The notes beneath the pieces were generated by a model, which searched no databases, was not told the origin of the DNA, and was given only the letters and a program-made list of their open reading frames with translations. Both the position numbers and the translations under genes were made by a program. From the UHGV virus genome UHGV-0132371: a stretch of 45,879 nt of DNA. One strand, 5' to 3'. Of this stretch, positions 36,361-45,829 are shown one piece after another; the stretch's first letter is position 1, and every line of letters starts with the position of its first letter. The stretch comes from a virus.

Positions 36361-39300
36361 ATGGCTACAGAGAAAGTATTAAAGGGGCGCAAAGGCGGCA
36401 AATCCAGTTCACGAACTCCTACCGAACAGCCTGATGATCTGCAATCTGTAGCGAAGGCAAAAATCCTCGTTGCGCTTGGCGAAGGGGAGTTCGCAGGGCA
36501 GCTAACCGGCAAAGATATCTACCTGGACGGAACGGCGCTGGAGAATGCCGACGGTTCCCAAAACTTCAGCGGCGTGACGTGGGAGTTTCGCGCGGGGACG
36601 CAGGCTCAAAAATATATTCAGGGTATTCCCGGTACCGAAAACGAAATCAGCGTGGGAACTGAGGTATCAAGCGCTACAGCCTGGACGCGCACGTTTACCA
36701 ATACGCAGCTTTCAGCAGTTCGTCTGCGTCTGAAATGGCCCTCGCTTTTCAAACAGGAAGACGACGGAGATCTGGTGGGTTACTCGGTCAATTATGCGAT
36801 TGACCTGCAGACGGACGGCGGCACATGGCAGACGGTACTCAATACCAGCGTGACCGGCAAAACGACGTCTGGTTATGAGCGCAGCCACCGTATCGATTTA
36901 CCGCAAGCTGGCAGCACCTGGACAATACGTCTGCGTAAGATTACCTCTGATGCCAACAGCGCGAAGATCGGCGACACGATGACGCTGCAGAGCTTCACCG
37001 AGGTGATTGACGCCAAGTTACGATATCCAAACACAGCGCTACTCTACATCGAATTCGATTCAAGTCAGTTTAACGGCTCTATCCCGCAGATCTCCTGCGA
37101 GCCCCGCGGCCGTGTTATCCGCGTTCCAGATACCTACGACCCTGAAACCCGCACTTATAGCGGTACATGGACCGGTGCGTTTAAGTGGGCATGGACGGAT
37201 AACCCTGCGTGGATTTTTTACGATCTGGTTGTTTCTGACCGGTTCGGCCTCGGGCACCGTTTGACCGCTGCGAATATTGATAAATGGACGCTTTATCAGG
37301 TTGCCCAGTATTGTGATCAGATGGTACCAGACGGCAAAGGGGGCAACGGTACCGAACCACGTTATACCTGCAACGTGTACATCCAGGACCGAAACGACGC
37401 TTATACAGTCCTGCGTGATTTTGCGGCCATATTCCGTGGCATGACGTACTGGGGAGGCGATCAGATCGTTGCTCTGGCCGATATGCCCCGAGATGTTGAT
37501 TACAGCTACACGCGCGCCAACGTTGTTGGCGGTCGCTTCACCTATTCAAGCAGCACCACGAAAACCCGCTACACCACAGCGCTGGTTTCATGGTCAGACC
37601 CGGGTAACGCTTATGCCGACGCGATGGAGCCGGTATTTGAGCAGGCGCTGGTAGCGCGATACGGCTTCAATCAGCTGGAAATGACAGCCATCGGCTGCAC
37701 CAGGCAGTCAGAAGCGAACCGAAAGGGGCGCTGGGGCATTCTCACCAACAACAAGGATCGCGTTGTTTCGTTTGATGTCGGGCTGGACGGAAACATTCCG
37801 CAGCCGGGCTACATCATCGCCGTGGCAGACGAGCTGCTTTCCGGAAAGGTTATGGGCGGCCGCATCAGCGCCGTTAACGGTCGCGTTATCAAACTTGACC
37901 GCGTAGCTGATGCAGCACCAGGTGATCGCCTTATTCTCAACCTGCCTTCCGGAGCGTCGCAGAGCAGGACCATTCAGGCCGTGAACGGGGAATCAGTCAC
38001 AGTCACCACGGCATACAGTGAGACGCCACAGGCCGAAGCTGTTTGGGTGGTTGAATCTGACGAGCTTTACGCGCAGCAGTATCGTGTTGTCAGCGTCTCC
38101 GACAACGGTGATGGCACTTTCTCAATCACCGGCGCATGGCACGACCCGGATAAATATGCCCGCATCGATACCGGAGCCATCATTGACCAGCGGCCGGTGA
38201 GCGTGATCCCGCCTGGTAACCAGTCGCCGCCTGCGAACATCGTGATCAGCTCGTTTTCCGTGGTGCAGCAAAATATCAGCGTCGAAACGATGCGCGTGAG
38301 CTGGGACCAGGCGCAGAACGCTATCGCCTATGAAGCGCAATGGCGCCGCAACGACGGGAACTGGGTTAACGTGCCGCGCAGCTCCACAACGTCATTCGAC
38401 GTACCGGGAATATATGCCGGGCGCTACCTGGTGCGCGTGCGCGCAATCAATGCCGCAGAAATCTCGTCCGGATGGGGCTATTCAGAAGAGAAAACGCTGA
38501 CGGGTAAAGTGGGCAATCTACCGAAGCCGGCTGGCTTCATCGCTTCTGAAAATGTGGTTTTCGGCATCGAGCTGAACTGGGGATTCCCGGCGAATACCGA
38601 CGACACGCTGAAGACGGAAATTCAGTACAGCCTGACCGGTACTGATGGTGATGCGATATTGCTGGCCGATGTGCCATACCCACAGCGTAAATATCAGCAG
38701 ATGGGATTAAAGGCGGGGCAGATATTCTGGTACCGCGCGCAGCTGGTTGACCGAACCGGTAACGAGTCCGGTTATACCGGCTGGGTTCGTGGTCAGGCCA
38801 GTATCGATGTTTCTGATATCACCGATGTGATCCTGGAGGACATCAAAGGGTCTGAGACGTTCAAGGACCTGATCGAGAATGCCGTTGATGCCAACGAAAA
38901 AATTGCTGGCATGGCTGACGACATCAAACAGGCCAACGATGAACTTGAGCTCCAGGCGCAGGAAATCGCAAAAAACGCGCAGGACATTGGGCAGGTTCAG
39001 ACCAGTGTTAATGAGCTTTCGAGCACTGTCGGTGATGTGTCGTCTTCTCTCTCAGAGCTTGAGCAGACCGTCGCAACGGCTGATACCGCGCTGGGCCAGC
39101 GAATCGACAGCATCAGCGTGTCTATGGACGGCATGACGGGCGGGGTTAAGAACTCAGCCATTGCCATTATCCAGAACGGGCTGGCGCAGGTGGCCGCGCG
39201 TAAAACGTTGTCTGCATCGGTCGCCGGCAACAGCGCGAATCTGGACCGTATTGATGAGGTGATTGTCAACGACAGGGAGGCAACGGCGCGCTCGCTGCTG

Positions 39301-39912
39301 AGCCTGCAGACGGACGTCAACGGCAACAAGGCATCCATCAACAGCCTGAATCAGACGTTCTCCGACTATCAGCAGGCCACCGCCACGCAGATAGACAGCA
39401 TCACGGCGACCGTGAACGGGCATACCTCCGCCATCACCACTAACGCTCAGGCTATAGCCAACGTTAATGGCGAACTCAGCGCGATGTACAACATCAAGGT
39501 TGGTGTCTCCAGCAACGGGCAGTATTACGCCGCGGGGATGGGTATCGGCGTGGAGAATACGCCATCCGGCATGCAGTCGCAGGTTATCTTCCTGGCTGAC
39601 CGCTTCGCCGTCACCACGGCAGCCGGAAATAGCGTAGCTTTGCCGTTCGTGATCCAGAACGGGCAGACATTCATCCGGGCCAGCTTCATCCAGGACGGCA
39701 CCATTGAGAACGCCAAAATCGGCAACTATATCCAGTCCAACAACTATGCAGCTGGTTCTGCTGGCTGGAAGCTTGATAAAGGGGGGACGTTTGAGAACTA
39801 CGGTTCGACTGCTGGTGAGGGAGCCATGAAACTGACAAATCAGACGATCAGCGTCAAAGATGGCAGTAATGTTCTTAGGGTGCAGGTTGGCCGATTAACG
39901 GGAGTATTCTGA
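36361..39912 (+). CDS. J: Tail tip / host-specificity protein gpJ
   Basis: 1183 aa, lambda J-like across the N-terminal two thirds; C-terminal receptor-binding part diverged. Confidence 0.9.
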   Translation: MATEKVLKGRKGGKSSSRTPTEQPDDLQSVAKAKILVALGEGEFAGQLTGKDIYLDGTALENADGSQNFSGVTWEFRAGTQAQKYIQGIPGTENEISVGTEVSSATAWTRTFTNTQLSAVRLRLKWPSLFKQEDDGDLVGYSVNYAIDLQTDGGTWQTVLNTSVTGKTTSGYERSHRIDLPQAGSTWTIRLRKITSDANSAKIGDTMTLQSFTEVIDAKLRYPNTALLYIEFDSSQFNGSIPQISCEPRGRVIRVPDTYDPETRTYSGTWTGAFKWAWTDNPAWIFYDLVVSDRFGLGHRLTAANIDKWTLYQVAQYCDQMVPDGKGGNGTEPRYTCNVYIQDRNDAYTVLRDFAAIFRGMTYWGGDQIVALADMPRDVDYSYTRANVVGGRFTYSSSTTKTRYTTALVSWSDPGNAYADAMEPVFEQALVARYGFNQLEMTAIGCTRQSEANRKGRWGILTNNKDRVVSFDVGLDGNIPQPGYIIAVADELLSGKVMGGRISAVNGRVIKLDRVADAAPGDRLILNLPSGASQSRTIQAVNGESVTVTTAYSETPQAEAVWVVESDELYAQQYRVVSVSDNGDGTFSITGAWHDPDKYARIDTGAIIDQRPVSVIPPGNQSPPANIVISSFSVVQQNISVETMRVSWDQAQNAIAYEAQWRRNDGNWVNVPRSSTTSFDVPGIYAGRYLVRVRAINAAEISSGWGYSEEKTLTGKVGNLPKPAGFIASENVVFGIELNWGFPANTDDTLKTEIQYSLTGTDGDAILLADVPYPQRKYQQMGLKAGQIFWYRAQLVDRTGNESGYTGWVRGQASIDVSDITDVILEDIKGSETFKDLIENAVDANEKIAGMADDIKQANDELELQAQEIAKNAQDIGQVQTSVNELSSTVGDVSSSLSELEQTVATADTALGQRIDSISVSMDGMTGGVKNSAIAIIQNGLAQVAARKTLSASVAGNSANLDRIDEVIVNDREATARSLLSLQTDVNGNKASINSLNQTFSDYQQATATQIDSITATVNGHTSAITTNAQAIANVNGELSAMYNIKVGVSSNGQYYAAGMGIGVENTPSGMQSQVIFLADRFAVTTAAGNSVALPFVIQNGQTFIRASFIQDGTIENAKIGNYIQSNNYAAGSAGWKLDKGGTFENYGSTAGEGAMKLTNQTISVKDGSNVLRVQVGRLTGVF

Positions 39913-39913
39913 A

Positions 39914-40216
39914 ATGGCTTATGGAATACAGACCTGGGATGCTTCAGGAAAACCCAACAACTATGGCATCAAACCCGTTTCCGTCGTTGGGCGAATACAG
40001 CTGGCTGCCGGGCAAACCTCCGGCAGCTGGTCTTTTACGGTGCCCTCAGGAATGAAAGTTGGTTTTGTTCTTTCACTTGATGAAGGAGGTAACAGCGTAG
40101 GGCGGCGCATTGTCGCGTCAGGGAGCACAATAACCGTAAGCGCTGCATCTTCTGTAGGTCTGGGTAATTATCCGGCCTCAAAGTGTGAAGTGGTCGTTTT
40201 CATGGAGAAAGCATAA
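39914..40216 (+). CDS. Hypothetical protein downstream of J
   Basis: 100 aa ORF, GGGAG RBS, tightly coupled to the next gene. Confidence 0.5.
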   Translation: MAYGIQTWDASGKPNNYGIKPVSVVGRIQLAAGQTSGSWSFTVPSGMKVGFVLSLDEGGNSVGRRIVASGSTITVSAASSVGLGNYPASKCEVVVFMEKA

Positions 40217-40890
40217 TGGCCGAATTTGGCGCGATGATATTAATGGACAACGGGAACCCATTTGTAACGCCCCAGTCAACGCCTTTTTGTCTTTACGGCA
40301 AGTACACTTTCAACTCCTCTGCTAATGGCAGTTCGCAGCAGGTTGCTCAGAATATTGCATTAAATGCTGACTACCCTGTGATGGTATTTATCAGGACCAC
40401 AAATACCGCCCAGCCCACGCCAGTAATATCTTACCGGAACGGAGGAAATGTATATGTCGCGGGGGTTAATCCCTATAACAAGAGCTTCACGTTAACCGCA
40501 TATATATTTGCCATATTTCCCCAGACGTTACCGAAATGGGGGATGGCCATCTGGGATGCGGCAGGAAAGCTGGTGCTCACTAATGAGTCCCGGGTGTTGT
40601 CCGACCTACAGACAATTGGAACGCCTGGCGCAAACGGAGGGATAAATATCGATCAGACACTTAGCGGGCCATGGGCTGTTGCACCTGCACAGCTTGGCCA
40701 AAGCATCGTTGTGAATAACTCAACCCAGCCTCCGACAATCTACACCATTAATGCTTATTCGGCGTGCAGGTTTGACGGGGCCAATACGAGGATAAACGCA
40801 GGGGGGACCTCCACTGGCACAGGCTCTCCGGTAGGGGTAACGAATACTGGAATTTCCTTAACCGCGATAAATACAGCGGCCTATGACTGA
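40216..40890 (+). CDS. Hypothetical protein downstream of J
   Basis: 224 aa ORF, GGAGAAAG RBS. Confidence 0.5.
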   Translation: MAEFGAMILMDNGNPFVTPQSTPFCLYGKYTFNSSANGSSQQVAQNIALNADYPVMVFIRTTNTAQPTPVISYRNGGNVYVAGVNPYNKSFTLTAYIFAIFPQTLPKWGMAIWDAAGKLVLTNESRVLSDLQTIGTPGANGGINIDQTLSGPWAVAPAQLGQSIVVNNSTQPPTIYTINAYSACRFDGANTRINAGGTSTGTGSPVGVTNTGISLTAINTAAYD

Positions 40891-41001
40891 TTGATCGTTT
40901 TGGGCGATCAATAACTGATAATTGATCTATCAAATCAATTATACCCACCTCTTTCATGTTGGTATTGTCTAAGTTCATGAATACCTCTGGATATCATCAA
41001 A

Positions 41002-41235
41002 ATGATTAAGCTTCTTATCGGTATGGCTTGCGCTGCCATGCTTTCAGGTTGCGCTGGTGTACTTGAGAAACAGGAACCGATTTGCAGCGGCACGGCATAT
41101 ATGGGTGGCCATGAGAATACCGTTATGATTTACGCCGTTCGAAAGCAAAACAACCAGACGCAATACCGGGCCGGATATCCCTTTAACTGGCGCTGGGTAA
41201 GTGCGAACACATTCACAAGCACGACATGTAAATAA
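41002..41235 (+). CDS. Cor-like outer-membrane lipoprotein (putative superinfection exclusion)
   Basis: 77 aa, signal peptide with lipobox LSGC; position downstream of J as for cor in phi80/N15-type phages. Family from memory. Confidence 0.5.
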   Translation: MIKLLIGMACAAMLSGCAGVLEKQEPICSGTAYMGGHENTVMIYAVRKQNNQTQYRAGYPFNWRWVSANTFTSTTCK

Positions 41236-41255
41236 CTCATGACTTTCAATGCAAA

Positions 41256-41277
41256 CCTCGCCTCGGCGGGGTTTTTT
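41256..41277 (+). terminator. Rho-independent terminator
   Basis: CCTCGCC-TC-GGCGGGG hairpin followed by TTTTTTATT. Confidence 0.55.
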
Positions 41278-41293
41278 ATTGCCTGGAGAAAAT

Positions 41294-42301
41294 ATGCTTT
41301 ATAACACAGGAACTATCTCTATTAACGGAAATACCGCAACCGGATCCGGTACAAACTGGACTGCACCGGCCAGCCAGGTTCGCGCTGGCCAGACGATTAT
41401 TGTCATGTCTAACCCGGTTCAGATGTTCCAGATTTCATCCGTGAATAGCGCCACGTCAATGACGGTAACGCCTGCTGCATCACCGGCGCTGAGCGGCCAG
41501 AAGTACGGCATTCTGGTATCAGACAATATCTCGGTTGATGGGCTGGCGCAGGCCATGTCGCAGCTTATCAAGGAGTATGACGAGAATATTGGCGCGTGGG
41601 AGACGTTCGCCACCACCTCAGCAAACCAAAGCATCACAGTTACCATCAACGGCACCGCCGTAACCATCCCAGGCATCGGTAAACTTGCGCAGAAAGGGAG
41701 CAATGGTGCGCTTGCAATCGCTGACGGCGGGACCGGGGCAACGAAGGCAGAAGACGCTCGCAAAAACCTTGGTTTGGGAGAAGGTGCTCCAGCTATTGGC
41801 GTTCCGTTCTTCTGGCCGTCCGCCGCAATGCCAAATACTGTAATCGACAGTTGGTCCAGTATGGTGTTTTTGAAGTTCAACGGCGCGAAATTCTCTGCCA
41901 CTGATTACCCTGTGCTGGCGAAAGTGTTTCCGGCGCTAGCATTACCTGACGCACGGGGTGATTTCATTCGTATCTGGGATGATGGGCGCGGGATTGATGT
42001 CGGACGTACCCTACTTTCAGGGCAATCACACACAATTATGGATCATGCACACAATATGGAATTGTGGACGGGGGACGGGCTTGCCGCAGGAAGTGCACGG
42101 GAAGGAGTAAACCCAGGAATACTGGCTACATACGGTGACGGGGGAATAGTTAAAACGGACGAACCCGGTCTTAAGGTGCCTTCCTCACTACGAGCTCTTA
42201 GCTCTCGTAGTGTTAAACGTTATGGTGAAATTAGTGGAAATGTAGATACAGAAACCCGTCCACGAAATATTGCATTTAACTTTCTGGTGAGGGCTAAATA
42301 A
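41294..42301 (+). CDS. Side tail fibre protein (constant N-terminus plus currently expressed variable C-terminus)
   Basis: Start at the ATG with GGAGAA RBS; glycine-rich fibre-like sequence; the recombination site lies inside the gene. Confidence 0.7.
   Translation: MLYNTGTISINGNTATGSGTNWTAPASQVRAGQTIIVMSNPVQMFQISSVNSATSMTVTPAASPALSGQKYGILVSDNISVDGLAQAMSQLIKEYDENIGAWETFATTSANQSITVTINGTAVTIPGIGKLAQKGSNGALAIADGGTGATKAEDARKNLGLGEGAPAIGVPFFWPSAAMPNTVIDSWSSMVFLKFNGAKFSATDYPVLAKVFPALALPDARGDFIRIWDDGRGIDVGRTLLSGQSHTIMDHAHNMELWTGDGLAAGSAREGVNPGILATYGDGGIVKTDEPGLKVPSSLRALSSRSVKRYGEISGNVDTETRPRNIAFNFLVRAK
41757..41784. other. Left crossover site of the invertible tail-fibre segment (Hin/Gin/Pin-type)
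   Basis: CTCGCAAAAACCTTGGTTTGGGAGAAGG; its TTGGTTTGGGAGAAG core is an inverted copy of 43629..43643. Confidence 0.55.
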
Positions 42302-42894
42302 TGATACCTGTTTTTGATGAAAATGGGCTGGCTACAGTGCCGGGCGATATGCGTTGTTTTTATTATAATGCAGTAACGTATGAATATACCGGCTGGTCTG
42401 ATGAATATATTAATACTGGCGTAAGTATACCCGCCTGTTCCACTGGTATTGACCCGGGCGAAAACATCCCGGGAAAAGTGGCAGTATTTACGGGTAAGGG
42501 ATGGAGCCATGAAGAAGACCATCGCAATGAGACCGTTTACTCAACTGAAAATGGCGCAGCTGTTACAGTGGATTATATCGGTGCCATCAAAGACGGTTAT
42601 GTCACGCTTTCACCGTTAACGCCATACGATAAATGGGATGGTGAGAAATGGGTGACGGATACCGAGGCACAGCATAGCGCCGCAGTAGAAGCGGCAGAAG
42701 CACAGCGCCAGTCGCTGATTGATGCTGCAATGGCTTCCATCAGTCTGATTCAACTGAAATTACAGGCTGGGCGGAAGCTGACGCAGCCAGAAAACACCCG
42801 ACTTAACGCTGTGCTGGATTACATTGACGCGGTGACGGCAACAGATACCAGCACAGCGCCGGACGTCATCTGGCCTGAACTGCCGGAGGCGTAG
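42301..42894 (+). CDS. Tail fibre assembly protein (Tfa)
   Basis: C-terminal LNAVLDYIDAV...DTSTAPDVIWPELP motif typical of Tfa chaperones. Confidence 0.7.
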   Translation: MIPVFDENGLATVPGDMRCFYYNAVTYEYTGWSDEYINTGVSIPACSTGIDPGENIPGKVAVFTGKGWSHEEDHRNETVYSTENGAAVTVDYIGAIKDGYVTLSPLTPYDKWDGEKWVTDTEAQHSAAVEAAEAQRQSLIDAAMASISLIQLKLQAGRKLTQPENTRLNAVLDYIDAVTATDTSTAPDVIWPELPEA

Positions 42895-43309
42895 ACCATT
42901 CAATATCTGGCGCACCGGAAGTATCGACCAGTTCCAGTGCGTCCAGATAATCCAGCCACAAATTATATTGCGCCAGTTCCTCACCTTTCAGACGACCAAT
43001 TGATGCTTTACCTGGCCATTGTTTACTGTTTATGTATTCGTTGGCCTGGTTAATCAATTGCTGCTTTTTAGTTTCGGCTGATGCAATTTGTTCTTCACGT
43101 GTTGGTGGAGGAATATCTGCCCATGCAGGCAGTCCATCCTCTCCGACACATCTGTATTTTCCTTCTGGTGGTGTATCATAGAAATATTCCCTGAAAATTA
43201 CTTCGTCTATATCAACACCTTTTTCTTCAGGCCATTCACCTTTTTCAACATAAAGAGACTGAAGTTCGTAAGGATATGCCAGGTTGTTTACGTACAGATA
43301 TTTCATCAT
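42866..43309 (-). CDS. Alternative tail fibre assembly protein (Tfa')
   Basis: C-terminal NLWLDYLDALELVDTSGAPDIEW motif; opposite orientation inside the invertible segment. Confidence 0.65.
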   Translation of the reverse strand: MMKYLYVNNLAYPYELQSLYVEKGEWPEEKGVDIDEVIFREYFYDTPPEGKYRCVGEDGLPAWADIPPPTREEQIASAETKKQQLINQANEYINSKQWPGKASIGRLKGEELAQYNLWLDYLDALELVDTSGAPDIEWSTPPAVQAR

Positions 43310-43662
43310 TACCAGCCCTTAGCGAAAAACGCACCACCTTCAAGACCATAATTGCAGTGAGCTATGAAGCCGGTAGTGCTCCAGTTGGTCGCCCCCCACA
43401 TATTCCCGCCCCCGAAACCACCATCGCACACAATTACAATGCCCGGTGTCTGTGTAAATGGAATCGGGAATGAAACATTGGCGGATACAGGCCCGTGTTC
43501 ACCAGGAAAACTAATTCGTCCCCACTGTTCAATTGAACCATCTGGCATTTTTCGCCAGCCTGAACCTGATGCATATGATGACATATCAGGTATCTGATTT
43601 TCCCCTGTTCCCACATTCCGTTTTGCCGCTTCTCCCAAACCAACCTTTTTTATAACCATCAA
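43309..43662 (-). CDS. Alternative tail fibre C-terminal segment (promoterless; expressed after inversion)
   Basis: The frame stays open through the right crossover site and encodes KKVGLGE, matching KNLGLGE at the left site in the expressed gene. Confidence 0.55.
   Translation of the reverse strand: MMVIKKVGLGEAAKRNVGTGENQIPDMSSYASGSGWRKMPDGSIEQWGRISFPGEHGPVSANVSFPIPFTQTPGIVIVCDGGFGGGNMWGATNWSTTGFIAHCNYGLEGGAFFAKGW
43629..43655. other. Right crossover site of the invertible tail-fibre segment
   Basis: CTTCTCCCAAACCAACCTTTTTTATAA; inverted copy of the left-site core. Confidence 0.55.
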
Positions 43663-43714
43663 AAATCTGGTGATGCTTCGCCGTTTCTCCTGTTTTCATA
43701 ACAGGAGAAATCCC

Positions 43715-44278
43715 ATGATTTACGGTTATGCCCGAGTATCAACAAACCACCAGGACACTGAATTGCAACTAACGGCGCTCAAGTCAGCGGGTTGTGAGAA
43801 AATTTTTGAAGAGCATGCCAGCGGGAGGAAATCGAATCGGCCGGTTCTAAAACGGCTCATCGCCACTATGCAGCCGGGGGATGAACTGGTGGTCTGGAAG
43901 CTGGACAGGATAGGCCGCAACGTTCTGCATGCGCTGTTGATGTTCCAGCAGTTACAGGAAAAGGGTATCAACTTCCGCAGTATTACCGATGGCGTGGATC
44001 TCAAAACAGCCAGCGGCCGCTATAACTTTCGTAACATCCTTTCCGCAGCACAATATGAATCTGATCTTAATAGCGAACGTACCTTAGCAGGGCTGGCCGT
44101 AGCCAGGGCAAAAGGGCGAGTTGGTGGGCGTAGACCGAAGTTTAGCGACGAGCAGTGGCAACAGATGGGAGCGCTCATAGCGGCAGGGAAATCACGGCGT
44201 TATGTTGCACGTATCTATAACGTTGGGCTATCAACCCTATATAAACGATTTCCTGTTACTGGCATTCAAACGAAATAA
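43715..44278 (+). CDS. Serine recombinase, DNA invertase of the Hin/Gin/Pin/Cin family
   Basis: MIYGYARVSTNHQ catalytic N-terminus; C-terminal HTH; AGGAGAAA RBS (track ORF starts upstream at 43670). Confidence 0.85.
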   Translation: MIYGYARVSTNHQDTELQLTALKSAGCEKIFEEHASGRKSNRPVLKRLIATMQPGDELVVWKLDRIGRNVLHALLMFQQLQEKGINFRSITDGVDLKTASGRYNFRNILSAAQYESDLNSERTLAGLAVARAKGRVGGRRPKFSDEQWQQMGALIAAGKSRRYVARIYNVGLSTLYKRFPVTGIQTK

Positions 44279-44421
44279 TTTAAAAGCAATTTAAAGAGTT
44301 ATTTGTCTAATGTTGGAAGCCGCAGCCACGTCGTATGCAAGAACGTGCTGCGGCTGGCTGGCGAACTTTCGATAGTGCGAGTATTGAATGATTTCCAGCC
44401 GTTACCGATTTTACGTGTTAA

Positions 44422-44670
44422 TTAGTGAACAAACCACTCGTCAGCAGATTCCCAGGTATCTTTCAGAGTCTCCTGAACAAAAGTTTTTGCAGAATCCTTA
44501 TCTGCGGTGCGTGTAACAGAAAGGCCATCGTTGCTGGTGGCTTTTACGATCACCTCTACATCGTCATAACGTTTACTGATGCGTCGGGTTAATTCTTCCT
44601 TTAACGCATCCACAGCACCGGTTGGCATTTTAGTCATTTTTTCTTTGGCTATGCAGATTTCAATACGCAT
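44422..44670 (-). CDS. dinI: DinI-like DNA-damage-inducible protein
   Basis: 82 aa resembling E. coli DinI (MRIE..IAK...GA.DAL..EL.RRI...[11 protein letters not shown]). Confidence 0.75.
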   Translation of the reverse strand: MRIEICIAKEKMTKMPTGAVDALKEELTRRISKRYDDVEVIVKATSNDGLSVTRTADKDSAKTFVQETLKDTWESADEWFVH

Positions 44671-44683
44671 AAAAGTCCCTCTA

Positions 44684-44731
44684 TACTGTGTTTGTATACA
44701 GTATTGTTTTTAACTGTATTGATAAACAGTG
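44684..44731. promoter_or_regulatory. Two tandem LexA boxes (SOS operators) upstream of dinI
   Basis: TACTGTGTTTGTATACAGTA (44684..44703) and AACTGTATTGATAAACAGTG (44712..44731), both CTGT-N8-ACAG. Confidence 0.65.
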
Positions 44732-45829
44732 TCAAGAGATCTTATTTCTGCTCCTTTGGAGCTCTTCAAAACGATTATGTAAAGATTTTGGATACAGTTC
44801 GGTATATACCTGCCATAGCACGTTTAATGAACGATGCCCTGTAACCTGGGCTACTTCCTCAATACTAAAACCAGCCTCAAATAAGCGACTTGCCCCTTCT
44901 CTACGCAAATCATGGTATCGCAGATCCTTAATACCTAATTTGCTTCTTACCCTCTGAAATCCCGCAGTAACAGAAGTGCTGTTATATGGAAAAATGAATT
45001 CCGATTTTTGGGGCTGTCGTTGGACGATATCCCAGGCTTCCCCAAGCAAGGCTACTTTCATGTGGTTGCCTTCCTTTTTGCGTGGATCTTTCCTGTCTCT
45101 TACGAGTATAGATTTTTGTTCCTGGTCGAGATCTTCCCATCGTAACCGGCATACTTCTCCGATTCGCATACAGGACCACACAGAAAATTTGAGGATATCA
45201 ACGAACGGAATTTTTGAGCATTTATGAGTAGATCGTTGTTGAAGGCCTTCAATGAGCATGTCCAGTTCATCAGATGCTGGTCTACGATTACGACGGTTTG
45301 ATTTACCAATTAAACCAAGTTTAAGTAGATATGGACGAGCGGCTTTTGCTGGGTTTGATGTGTAATTAATTCCATATACAGGTTTGGCAGCATCCAGAAC
45401 ACTGCCAAGATAACTAACATCGTGGCTAACTGTAGCTGGACCTGCACCAGCGTTGTTTCTTAGCCTGCAATGTTCAATTACGTCATTTTCTGTCAGTTCA
45501 GATAGTTTGATCGCGGAGATGTCACTATCCATAAGCAGTTCCAGCACATATCTTTTAGTACGGCCTGCTTTACCTCCGGCATTTGGGTCATTTAAATATT
45601 TGTGTAGTAAGTCACGGACTGTAAGTCCGTCAACTGCATTTGATGATGGAATGCCATATAGATCTAATTCCATCACTTTCTGTGTGCCCCATGTTTTGGC
45701 ATGAGCATGTTTAGGGAATGTTTTGCTTTCCCTGTAAGTGATAACACCTTTTTCTTTGATAATCACATTACAGCGATAGCGTGGTGTGCCATCGGATTTT
45801 AGTCGTTTCTCTATGTTATAGTACGCCAT
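44732..45829 (-). CDS. int: Tyrosine site-specific integrase
   Basis: 365 aa; C-terminal catalytic motifs (HDLRREGASRL, VTGHRSL, YTELY); GAGG RBS. Confidence 0.85.
   Translation of the reverse strand: MAYYNIEKRLKSDGTPRYRCNVIIKEKGVITYRESKTFPKHAHAKTWGTQKVMELDLYGIPSSNAVDGLTVRDLLHKYLNDPNAGGKAGRTKRYVLELLMDSDISAIKLSELTENDVIEHCRLRNNAGAGPATVSHDVSYLGSVLDAAKPVYGINYTSNPAKAARPYLLKLGLIGKSNRRNRRPASDELDMLIEGLQQRSTHKCSKIPFVDILKFSVWSCMRIGEVCRLRWEDLDQEQKSILVRDRKDPRKKEGNHMKVALLGEAWDIVQRQPQKSEFIFPYNSTSVTAGFQRVRSKLGIKDLRYHDLRREGASRLFEAGFSIEEVAQVTGHRSLNVLWQVYTELYPKSLHNRFEELQRSRNKIS

Noticed and set aside
37007-39725. Short ORFs on both strands inside J
   Set aside because: Shadow frames within the lambda J-like gene.
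43088-43597. Plus-strand ORFs of 87, 65 and 77 aa inside the invertible segment
   Set aside because: Antisense to the better-supported minus-strand Tfa' and alternative fibre C-terminus.
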